A DNA stretch of 43,622 bases. Source: Candidatus Omnitrophota bacterium. Lineage in GTDB: Bacteria; Ratteibacteria; UBA8468; MWAK01. Both the position numbers and the translations under genes were made by a program. The stretch covers positions 1-43,622 of the forward strand of contig JAZDPL010000045.1 of assembly GCA_043797665.1 (NCBI GenBank), given 5' to 3'. The notes under the pieces were generated by a model. The model did no database searches. It was not told the DNA's origin and saw only the letters and a list, made by a program, of their open reading frames with translations. Below, one piece after another: positions 9,354 through 17,399 of this stretch (its first letter is position 1; the number at the start of each line of letters is the position of its first letter).

Positions 9354-11828
9354 ATGAAGACCTGTTTGGATTCTGACTGGAAGTTTCATTTAGGCGACAT
9401 TCCGGTTGTTCTGCCGGTGATTAAAACCTACGGGTTTGTCAAAGCGGGTGCGGCGTTAGGCGCGTCTGACCCGAAGTTTGACGACCAGAACTGGCGCCGG
9501 TTAGATTTGCCTCACGACTGGGTCGTGGAAGGACAGATTACCCCGGAGGGCAACCGGGACCAGGGGTTTTTGCCCCGGGGTATTGCCTGGTACCGGAAAG
9601 TCTTTACCTTGAACCTACGGGAATTTATACCCCCCACCTCTCCTCCCCCGAAAGGCGGGGACCCCAATGTCAAATTGGGGGGGAGGATGAAGGAGGGGGT
9701 GAACTTGGTTCCTGAGGCTGAAGGCAAGAAAGTTTACCTTGAGTTTGAAGGCGTAAGCCGGAACGCTACGGTTTGGCTGAACGGTTTTCGCCTGGGCAAC
9801 CACCCCAGCGGATACACCGGTTTCTTCTATGACGTCAGTGACGTTGTCTCTCCGGAAGGAGGGGAAAACACTTTAGTGGTCAAGGTAGACGGTACGGAGA
9901 TGGAGGGCTGGTGGTACGAAGGCTGTGGTATCTACCGCCACGTCTGGCTCATTGTCAAAGAGAGGGTTCATCTTGAGCACTGGGGAGTTTTTGTAAGCAC
10001 GCCAAAGGTCTCGCGAAAAAAGGCGCAGGTTCTAATTCAAACCGAGGTGCGGAACGAGGAGGACACCGAGCAGGAGGTTGAACTAAAACAAACGATTAAA
10101 TATTTTGACGTAGGGGTCGGATCCCTGTTTACTACACACAGGGACAGGTTTATCCGACCCGCGGGCTTGATAAATCAAGCCCCTACTGGGGGCGCAAAAG
10201 TTGCCGAAGAGACTATGTCTCTAAAACTGAAAGCGGGTGAGTCTAAAAAGGTTAAACAGAAGATAGTTTTAGAAAACCCAAAACTCTGGTCTCCGGATAG
10301 CCCGCACCTTTACCGGGTCCAAACCCAATTAAGTCAGGGTGTCAGGGTATTGGACAGCGAAGACTCGCCTCTGGGTATCCGCCGGTTTAAGTTTACTCCG
10401 AACCGCGGGTTCCTGCTCAACGGTAAACCCGTGAAAATAAAAGGTACCTGCAACCACCAGGATTTTGCCGGAGTTGGTGTTGCCTTACCGGACTGCCTGC
10501 ATTACAAGAAGATAGAACATTTAAAAGAGATGGGTAGCAACGGTTACCGGTGCAGTCATAACCCACCGGCTCCAGCCTTGCTGGATGCCTGCGACCGGTT
10601 AGGTATGCTGGTGATGGATGAGAACCGCAAATTGGACAGTTCCGAGGAAGGCATCAGAGACTTACGGAGTCTGGTGCGCCGGGACCGCAACCACCCCTCT
10701 ATCATCCTGTGGAGTTTGGAGAACGAGGAGACCCTGGAAGGTACCGGGGTGGGAACTAAAATCCTGAGAAGCCTTTACAACGTTGTTAAAGAAGAAGACC
10801 CGACCCGTCCGATAACCGCAGCCGTCTCCCACGACTGGAACGAAGCCGGTTACGCCGACGTTCTGGACGTAGTCGGCTACAACTACTCACCCCAGAGGTA
10901 TCTTGAAGACCACCAGAAGTACCCGGAGCGCAAGATGGTCGGCAGCGAGACTACCTCTGCGGTGGAGACCCGGGGTGTCTACGAAACCAATGACGGCTAC
11001 TGCACCTGTTACGATAAGGAAACCCCTGCCTGGGGGAGTACCCATCAGGCAGCCTGGAAGGCGGTGGCGGAAAACAAGTTTATGGCCGGCGGTTTTGTCT
11101 GGACCGGTTTTGATTACCGGGGCGAGCCATCACCCTACGACTGGCCGGATATCTCCTCCCATTTCGGGATAATGGACACCTGCGGTTTTCCCAAAGACGC
11201 CTATTACTATTACCTTTCGGTCTGGACCGATAAACCGATGGTCCACATCCTCCCGCACTGGAACTGGCCGGGCAAAGAAGGGCAGGCTATTCCGGTCTGG
11301 TGCTACAGTAACTGCGACTACGTGGAACTCTTCCTTAACGATAAAAGTTTAGGCAAAAAGAAGTCTGTACCCGGAGGATACGTAGAATGGCCGGTATCTT
11401 ACCAGCCGGGTGAACTACGAGTTCTTGGCTATAAAGAGGGGAAGGAAGCCTGTTCTAAATCCGTCAAGACCGCCGGGACACCGTCCCGGATAAGCCTTGA
11501 ACCAAACCGGCAGATGCTGGACGCAGACGGATGTGACGTTGCCCTGATTAAATCTGCGGTCCTGGACAAAGACGGAATTCTGGTGCCGACCGCAGGCAAC
11601 AAGATTACCTTTAAGGTTGAAGGCAGCGGGAGATTGCTTGGTTTAGGCAACGGTGACCCGAAAGACCACCAAGGCGACAAAGAGGACAACCGCCGGGTCT
11701 TCAACGGATTGTGCCTGGCTCTGGTGCAGGCGGGAAAAGAGCCCGGGGCTCTGACCCTTACCGCAGAGGCTGAGGGACTTCAGTCCGCCAAGATTAAATT
11801 GGAGGTGATAACATCGTCGTCATCCTGA
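9354..11828 (+). CDS. Glycoside hydrolase family 2 (beta-galactosidase-like) with two in-frame palindromic insertions
   Basis: LPHDW, HPSGYTGF, GIYRHVWL, RCSHNPP, RDRNHPSIILWSLENE, GFVWTGFDYRGEP. Confidence 0.92.
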   Translation: MKTCLDSDWKFHLGDIPVVLPVIKTYGFVKAGAALGASDPKFDDQNWRRLDLPHDWVVEGQITPEGNRDQGFLPRGIAWYRKVFTLNLREFIPPTSPPPKGGDPNVKLGGRMKEGVNLVPEAEGKKVYLEFEGVSRNATVWLNGFRLGNHPSGYTGFFYDVSDVVSPEGGENTLVVKVDGTEMEGWWYEGCGIYRHVWLIVKERVHLEHWGVFVSTPKVSRKKAQVLIQTEVRNEEDTEQEVELKQTIKYFDVGVGSLFTTHRDRFIRPAGLINQAPTGGAKVAEETMSLKLKAGESKKVKQKIVLENPKLWSPDSPHLYRVQTQLSQGVRVLDSEDSPLGIRRFKFTPNRGFLLNGKPVKIKGTCNHQDFAGVGVALPDCLHYKKIEHLKEMGSNGYRCSHNPPAPALLDACDRLGMLVMDENRKLDSSEEGIRDLRSLVRRDRNHPSIILWSLENEETLEGTGVGTKILRSLYNVVKEEDPTRPITAAVSHDWNEAGYADVLDVVGYNYSPQRYLEDHQKYPERKMVGSETTSAVETRGVYETNDGYCTCYDKETPAWGSTHQAAWKAVAENKFMAGGFVWTGFDYRGEPSPYDWPDISSHFGIMDTCGFPKDAYYYYLSVWTDKPMVHILPHWNWPGKEGQAIPVWCYSNCDYVELFLNDKSLGKKKSVPGGYVEWPVSYQPGELRVLGYKEGKEACSKSVKTAGTPSRISLEPNRQMLDADGCDVALIKSAVLDKDGILVPTAGNKITFKVEGSGRLLGLGNGDPKDHQGDKEDNRRVFNGLCLALVQAGKEPGALTLTAEAEGLQSAKIKLEVITSSSS
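9629..9700. repeat. C-rich/G-rich palindromic element (family C) inserted in frame in the GH2 gene
   Basis: ACCCCCCACCTCTCCTCCCCC...GGGGGGAGGATGAAGGAGGGGGT; encodes PPTSPPPKGGDPNVKLGGRMKEGV. Confidence 0.7.
10110..10186 (+). repeat. Family A REP inserted in frame in the GH2 gene, carrying a nested 27-bp insert
   Basis: GTAGGGGTCGGAT[CCCTGTTTACTACACACAGGGACAGGT]TTATCCGACCCGCGGGCTTGATAAATCAAGCCCCTAC. Confidence 0.9.
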
Positions 11829-11830
11829 GT

Positions 11831-11880
11831 GTAGGGGTCGGATTTATCCGACCCGCGGGTTTGATAAATCAAACCCCTAC
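11831..11880 (+). repeat. REP-like family A copy with a compensatory stem change
   Basis: Second hairpin is GGGTTTGATAAATCAAACCC instead of GGGCTTGATAAATCAAGCCC. Confidence 0.9.
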
Positions 11881-11903
11881 GAACCCTAAAAAGGCAAGGA
11901 ACT

Positions 11904-13304
11904 ATGGCAAAGGATAATAGAATGTGGGGCGGCCGGTTCAGCCGGAAGCCAACGGAAAAAGTCGAAAAGTTTTCAACTTCCCTGTCCGTTGATTACCGCC
12001 TGGCTTTGTACGATATTGCCGGCAGTATTGCTCACGCTAAGATGCTGGCAAAGGTTGGCATTATCAAAGAAGCAGAGGCGGAGAAGATTATCGCCGGCCT
12101 TTCCGAAATCAAGGCAGAGATAGAGGGCAGCCGGTTTTCAACCGAGCCGTCCGATGAGGATGTCCACACCGCCATAGAGCGAAGGCTCTACGAAAAAATA
12201 GGCGAACAAGCAGGAAAACTCCACACCGGACGCAGCCGCAACGACCAGATTGCCCTGGACGAAAGGCTCTACGTAAAAGACTTAACCGGGCATCTGGACC
12301 GGAGACTGAAGAGTCTTCAGCAGGCTTTCCTTCTTTGGCTGCAAAAGTATCCCAAGGTCATTATGCCCGCTTTCACCCACCTTCAGCACAGCCAGGTAAT
12401 TCTCTTCAGCCATTGGGTTCTGGCTTACGTAGAGATGTTCCAGCGGGACCGGGAGCGTCTGAGAGACGCCCTGAACAGGGTTGATGTCTCGCCTTTGGGC
12501 GCCGGCGCGGGTGGAGGCTCCTCCTTACCGCTGGACCCGGAATATTCCGCCAAACTACTTGGGTTTGGAAAGGTCTTTACCAACAGTTTAGATGCGGTCA
12601 GCGACCGGGACTTTCTGGTTGAGGTTCTGGCAGATTTAAGTTTGATTGCGGTCCACCTCTCCCGGCTTTGCGAAGAATTAGTACTCTGGAGTACCATAGA
12701 GTTTAACTATATTGAGATAGACCAGCGCTACTGTACCGGAAGCAGCGCTTTGCCCCAGAAGAAGAACCCGGACATCCCGGAATTAGTCAGGGGTAAGGCC
12801 GGCCTGGTCTTCGGAAGCCTGATGAGCCTTTTGACCACTCTTAAAGGTTTGCCTTTATCCTACAACCGGGACCTTCAGGAGGACAAGGCGGGGTTCTTTT
12901 CGGCCGCGGATACAGTTTTAGATTCCCTGACAATCATCTCTGAAATGATTCCTAAAATCAAGGTGAATACCGGAGCGATGGAAAAGGCGGCCGAGAAAGG
13001 GTACACCACCGCGATAGACTTAGCCGAGTATCTGGTAAAAAAAGGGGTATCCTTTCGGGAAGCGCACCGGATTGTCGGTGCGGTAATCAAGTACTGCGAT
13101 GAGAAAAATAAAGGGTTTTCAACCGGCAAAGGGCTCTCAGTCCTCTCTCTTCCGGAGATGAAGAAGTTCAGCCGGCTCTTCAGCCGGGACGTAAGAAAAG
13201 TTCTTTCGACGAAAGACTCAATCGGTAACCGGTGTACCTTAGGGTCCACCAACCCAAAACTGGTTACCGCCCGGATTCAAAACTGGACCGAGGTCCTTAA
13301 ATAA
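11904..13304 (+). CDS. argH: Argininosuccinate lyase
   Basis: MWGGRF, KLHTGRSRNDQ, TGSSALPQKKNPD, GLPLSYNRDLQEDK. Confidence 0.96.
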   Translation: MAKDNRMWGGRFSRKPTEKVEKFSTSLSVDYRLALYDIAGSIAHAKMLAKVGIIKEAEAEKIIAGLSEIKAEIEGSRFSTEPSDEDVHTAIERRLYEKIGEQAGKLHTGRSRNDQIALDERLYVKDLTGHLDRRLKSLQQAFLLWLQKYPKVIMPAFTHLQHSQVILFSHWVLAYVEMFQRDRERLRDALNRVDVSPLGAGAGGGSSLPLDPEYSAKLLGFGKVFTNSLDAVSDRDFLVEVLADLSLIAVHLSRLCEELVLWSTIEFNYIEIDQRYCTGSSALPQKKNPDIPELVRGKAGLVFGSLMSLLTTLKGLPLSYNRDLQEDKAGFFSAADTVLDSLTIISEMIPKIKVNTGAMEKAAEKGYTTAIDLAEYLVKKGVSFREAHRIVGAVIKYCDEKNKGFSTGKGLSVLSLPEMKKFSRLFSRDVRKVLSTKDSIGNRCTLGSTNPKLVTARIQNWTEVLK

Positions 13305-13310
13305 AATTCT

Positions 13311-13411
13311 CCTCAATCCCCCTTTCCGATTCAACGGAAAGGGAACCCGCCTTTTGCAAAGGCGGGTGCACTTGCCATAGGATTGGCAAGGGGGAAGAAA
13401 GGGGGATTAGG
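13311..13411. repeat. Composite C-rich/G-rich palindrome (family C-like) with nested hairpins
   Basis: CCTCAATCCCCCTTTC...GAAAGGGGGATTAGG enclosing three smaller hairpins. Confidence 0.7.
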
Positions 13412-13425
13412 GAGCTAAAGAAAAT

Positions 13426-13450
13426 GTAGGGGCGCGATTTATCGCGCCCG
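13426..13450 (+). repeat. GTAG REP variant (single hairpin)
   Basis: GTAGGGGCGCGATTTATCGCGCCCG. Confidence 0.75.
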
Positions 13451-13456
13451 AGAAAA

Positions 13457-14740
13457 ATGGCAAACGAATATTTTACTTACCAGGAGAGCGAAGGGTTTAT
13501 TGAGGGGTGCCGGATAAGGGACTTAGCCGAGAGGTTTGGGACACCCCTTTACCTTTACAGCGAAAATGCCATCCGGGAAAGAGTAGCCTGTTTTCAAAAA
13601 GCCTTTGCGGAAATCTCGCCGATAATCCGGTACAGTTGCAAAGCAAACTCCAATCCCCACCTGCTAAAAATATTGAAAGAATCCGGGTGTGGTGCGGACG
13701 TTATCTCACCCGGAGAACTGAGTCTTGCCCTCTACGCCGGGTTTACCCCCGGAGAGATTATTATGGGCGGGGTGGGCAAGCGGGGCGATGAAATTACCTT
13801 TGCCCTGAAACAAGGGGTTACCTTATTTAGCGTGGAATCTCTTTCCGAACTGCAGGTTTTGAGTCAGAAGGCGAGCGAACAGGGTAGAGTGGCGACCGCT
13901 CTCCTCCGGCTCAATCCGGATATTCCCGCGGGCGGGCACCACTACATCTCAACCGGCAGGAAAGAGAACAAGTTTGGTTTGACCGAAGAAGAAGTCATTA
14001 GCGTATTCAAAGACCTGAAGAATTATCCGAGGGTCAGAATTGGCGGCCTTCATCTCCACCTGGGTTCCCAGATCGCCAATCCGGAACCGTACCTGCAGGC
14101 GATTTCCGAAGCCAATCGTCTCCACAAAATCTACTCCTTTGAATGTCTTGACCTGGGCGGAGGGTTCCCGGTAACGTACGAAAGCGACGTTGCGGACATT
14201 GAGGTCTTCAGTGAAGCGATGTGTAAGGTAATAATGGAGTGGAAATTAGCTTCACCGCCAGGCTTGCCTTTCCCGGAAACAGAAGCCGGGTGTAGCGGGC
14301 TGAAAGTAATCTTTGAACCGGGCAGGTTCTTTGTTGCCGGGGCGGGTTTTCTCCTTACCCGGGTAACCTACCGGAAGGACCGGCCCCACAAGAAGTTTTT
14401 AATAGTTGATGCGGGTATGAACGATTTAATCCGGCCGGCGCTCTACGAGGCTTACCACCACATCTGGCCGGTCCGGCAGACCGAAGGTAAGGAAGTCCAT
14501 TTTGAGGTGGTGGGTCCGGTCTGTGAATCCGGGGATTTTTTGGCTAAGGACCGGCCTTTACCGGAAGGCATCAAAGAAAACGACTTACTTCTGGTCGGAG
14601 AGGCCGGCGCTTACGGTTTTGCGATGTCTTCCAATTACAACGGACGGCTCCGGCCAGCGGAGGTAATGCTCTCCGGAGAAAAAGCCCGGCTCATCCGTGC
14701 CAGGGAAACCCTGGAAGACCTGTATCTGAAAAAACCATAA
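13457..14740 (+). CDS. lysA: Diaminopimelate decarboxylase
   Basis: YSCKANSN, NKFG, HLGSQI, EPGRFFVA, DAGMNDLIRPALY, GPVCESGD, GAYGFAMSSNYN. Confidence 0.95.
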   Translation: MANEYFTYQESEGFIEGCRIRDLAERFGTPLYLYSENAIRERVACFQKAFAEISPIIRYSCKANSNPHLLKILKESGCGADVISPGELSLALYAGFTPGEIIMGGVGKRGDEITFALKQGVTLFSVESLSELQVLSQKASEQGRVATALLRLNPDIPAGGHHYISTGRKENKFGLTEEEVISVFKDLKNYPRVRIGGLHLHLGSQIANPEPYLQAISEANRLHKIYSFECLDLGGGFPVTYESDVADIEVFSEAMCKVIMEWKLASPPGLPFPETEAGCSGLKVIFEPGRFFVAGAGFLLTRVTYRKDRPHKKFLIVDAGMNDLIRPALYEAYHHIWPVRQTEGKEVHFEVVGPVCESGDFLAKDRPLPEGIKENDLLLVGEAGAYGFAMSSNYNGRLRPAEVMLSGEKARLIRARETLEDLYLKKP

Positions 14741-14778
14741 ATAAAAATCAATTTGGTAGCAGCGGAGAGCCTTCCAGT

Positions 14779-14871
14779 TGTCATTCCGGTATGCTTGTAG
14801 CCGGAATCTAATGGATTCCCGCTTACTACCCCTGTTTACTACACACAGGGGCAGGCCACGCGGGAATGACA
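14779..14871. repeat. Palindromic repeat family D (TGTCATTCC...GGAATC...GGATTCC...GGAATGACA) with nested micro-element at 14830-14855
   Basis: Same ends as the copies at 18517, 38764 and 41891. Confidence 0.85.
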
Positions 14872-14904
14872 TTAATTGGTAGCCTGCGGGTGAGAGGAGA
14901 AGAA

Positions 14905-15729
14905 ATGGGTACAAATAAATTAAAGTTGGGGGTAATAACCTCGTTAGCAGAAGGGGTAAAGGGGTTGGAGAAGGTCAAAAACTTAGGGCTGGAGACCTGC
15001 CAGTTAGCCGGCTGGGACCCGGGGTTATATACGGAAGAGAACGCCCGCTTAGTGAAAGAGACTACAAAAAAGTTAGGGGTGGAAATTACCTTACTTTGGG
15101 CTGGCTGGCCTGGTCCCGCAATCTGGAACTTTGTGGAAGGTCCGATTACCCTGGGTTTGGTTCCGCCGGAGTACCGGGCAATGCGGATTGACGCGTTAAA
15201 GAAAGGCTCTGACTTTGCCAAAATGATTGGGGTGGTTAACGTTGCCACCCACGCCGGATTCATTCCGGAGAGTCCTAATGACCCGCTTTATCCGGGTCTG
15301 GTAGTTGCCTTGCGCGACGTAGCCAGCCACTGCGAAAATAACGGGCAGAACTTCTGTTTTGAGACCGGTCAGGAGACCCCGGTTACGTTATTGCGGGTAT
15401 TTACCGACATCGGTCTGTCCAACCTGGGAATTAACCTTGACCCGGCAAACCTGTTGCTTTACGGTAAGGCAAACCCGGTTGATGCTCTGGACGTCATCGG
15501 AAAGTTTGTCCGGGGTGTCCACGCCAAGGACGGCGAGTATCCTACGGACGGTTACAATTTAGGCAAAGAAAAGCCTTTGGGTGAAGGCCGGGTAGACTTT
15601 CCCCGGCTGGTTCCGAAGTTGAAGGGTTTCGGGTACCGCGGTGCCCTGACCATAGAACGGGAAATCTCCGGCGAGCAGCAGATAAAGGATATCCTGAAAG
15701 CCCGGGATTTTTTAACCCCGTTATTGTAG
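14905..15729 (+). CDS. Sugar phosphate isomerase/epimerase (TIM barrel)
   Basis: THAGFIPE, FETGQETP, NLDPANLLLYG, HAKDG, TIEREISG; ATG 14905 has an RBS (the upstream ATG lies in the repeat). Confidence 0.88.
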   Translation: MGTNKLKLGVITSLAEGVKGLEKVKNLGLETCQLAGWDPGLYTEENARLVKETTKKLGVEITLLWAGWPGPAIWNFVEGPITLGLVPPEYRAMRIDALKKGSDFAKMIGVVNVATHAGFIPESPNDPLYPGLVVALRDVASHCENNGQNFCFETGQETPVTLLRVFTDIGLSNLGINLDPANLLLYGKANPVDALDVIGKFVRGVHAKDGEYPTDGYNLGKEKPLGEGRVDFPRLVPKLKGFGYRGALTIEREISGEQQIKDILKARDFLTPLL

Positions 15730-15736
15730 TTCAAAA

Positions 15737-16744
15737 ATGATTAAAGTGGCGGTAATCGGCGGCGGCTATATGGGTACCGGCCACGTCCGCGCCTATACCA
15801 GGAAGAAGGGAGTGGAGCTGATTGCGGTCTGCGACCCGAACGAAGTTCGGGGCAGGGTTCTGGCAAAAGAATATAATGTCAGGTGGCTCCCGGATTACCA
15901 GGCCGTTCTGGAAGAAGGAGTTGATGCGGTAAGCGTTGCGGTGCCGACCGACCTGCACTGCCGGGTGGCGGCGGACTTTCTGGCTGATGGTATTCCGGTT
16001 CTCTTAGAGAAACCGATCGCGGCTACCGTAGAAGAAGGGGAGGCATTGGTCCGGTTAAGCCGTAAGAAGGCAGTGCCTTTGCAGATTGGTCACATTGAGC
16101 GGTTTAACCCGGCGGTCCGGAAATTATCTTCGGAATTGAGAACCCCGAAATATCTGGAGATTCATCGTTTAGGACCATTTAAAGGCAGGGGGATTGAAGT
16201 AAGCGTTGTGGCCGACCTGATGATTCACGACATTGACCTGGTCCTGGACCTGGTTAACTCAGAGATGCCGGGCACCATAGAGATAGAAGAGATAACCGCG
16301 CTGGGTCTTTCCGCATTTACCGAGACTGCGGATATCGCTACCGCCAGGATTACCTTTGACAACGGGGTGGTGGCTAACCTTACCGCCAGCCGGATCAGCG
16401 ACAAGAGCATGCGCAAGGTAAGGGTCTTTGAGACAGACCGGTACTGGTCCCTGGACTGCGAACACCAGGAACTAATTTCCTATCATAAGAATCCGGAGGA
16501 TTCCTGGCGGAAGAAGGAGAGGCCTAATTTAGAGGACCTGCTTGTGCGTCAGGCAATACCAATAGAGAAGGCAGAGCCGTTGAGTTTAGAAATCGACTCC
16601 TTTCTCAGCGCAATCAAGAGCGGAGAAGAACCTGAGGTTTCCGGAGAGGATGGGGTGCGCGCCTTAAAGGTCGCCTTTCAGATAGAAGAGCGGATAAAAC
16701 AATCACCGTGTCATTCTGAGCAAAGCGAAGAATCTATCCTTTAG
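15737..16744 (+). CDS. Gfo/Idh/MocA family oxidoreductase (GnnA-like)
   Basis: VIGGGYMG, EKPIA, GHIERFNPA, DLMIHDID, LTASRIS. Confidence 0.9.
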   Translation: MIKVAVIGGGYMGTGHVRAYTRKKGVELIAVCDPNEVRGRVLAKEYNVRWLPDYQAVLEEGVDAVSVAVPTDLHCRVAADFLADGIPVLLEKPIAATVEEGEALVRLSRKKAVPLQIGHIERFNPAVRKLSSELRTPKYLEIHRLGPFKGRGIEVSVVADLMIHDIDLVLDLVNSEMPGTIEIEEITALGLSAFTETADIATARITFDNGVVANLTASRISDKSMRKVRVFETDRYWSLDCEHQELISYHKNPEDSWRKKERPNLEDLLVRQAIPIEKAEPLSLEIDSFLSAIKSGEEPEVSGEDGVRALKVAFQIEERIKQSPCHSEQSEESIL

Positions 16745-16770
16745 ACCCTTCGTATTTACTCAGGGTGACA
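16709..16770. repeat. Family B repeat overlapping the 3' end of the oxidoreductase gene
   Basis: TGTCATTCTGAGCAAAGCGAAGAATCT...CTCAGGGTGACA; encodes CHSEQSEESIL-stop. Confidence 0.85.
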
Positions 16771-16793
16771 ACCAAAAGGAGGAGGGAGAAGAG

Positions 16794-17393
16794 ATGATAT
16801 ACCAGGCCCGGTTGGAGATGTTGGCAGAAGGCAGATCTTTGAAAGATTGTTTCACCGCCCGGAGAATCTTTTTGACCCGCGGAGTAGGCAAGGACCGAGA
16901 GAAATTGACCAGTTTAGAGCGTGCGTTTCGTGATGCGGGCATCGCACCGTTTAACTTAGTCCACATCAGCAGTATCTTTCCGCCCCACGCCAAGTTAGTC
17001 AGCCGGGAAAAGGGCCTCCAACTTCTTACGCCCGGCCAAATCGTCTTTTGCGTATTGAGCCAGAACTCCACCAACGAACCCCACCGGCTCATAACCTCCT
17101 CAATCGGCCTGGCTTTACCCAAAAACCCGGAACACCACGGGTACCTTTCCGAATACGACGGGTTTGGTTTAACCGACGAAAAAGCCGGTGACTACGCCGA
17201 GGATTTAGCCGCCACGATGTTAGCCACCATTTTAGGCGTCCCTTTTGACCCGGACAGCAGTTATGACGAAAAAAAACAGGTCTGGCGGCTGAGTAAGGAG
17301 ATTGTCAAGACGACCAACATCACCCAGTCAGCCATCGGCGACAAAAACGGCCAGTGGACGACCGTGGTTGCGGCGGCGGTCTTTATCCTGTAA
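16794..17393 (+). CDS. pdaD: Pyruvoyl-dependent arginine decarboxylase
   Basis: DAGIAPFNLVHISSIFPP self-cleavage Ser-Ser motif, GYLSEY, WTTVVAAAV. Confidence 0.88.
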   Translation: MIYQARLEMLAEGRSLKDCFTARRIFLTRGVGKDREKLTSLERAFRDAGIAPFNLVHISSIFPPHAKLVSREKGLQLLTPGQIVFCVLSQNSTNEPHRLITSSIGLALPKNPEHHGYLSEYDGFGLTDEKAGDYAEDLAATMLATILGVPFDPDSSYDEKKQVWRLSKEIVKTTNITQSAIGDKNGQWTTVVAAAVFIL

Positions 17394-17399
17394 CCCTCC

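Noticed and set aside
9629..10186. Inteins or introns as the explanation for the GH2 insertions
   Set aside because: They are too short, have no C/S...HN splice motifs, and match dispersed DNA palindromes
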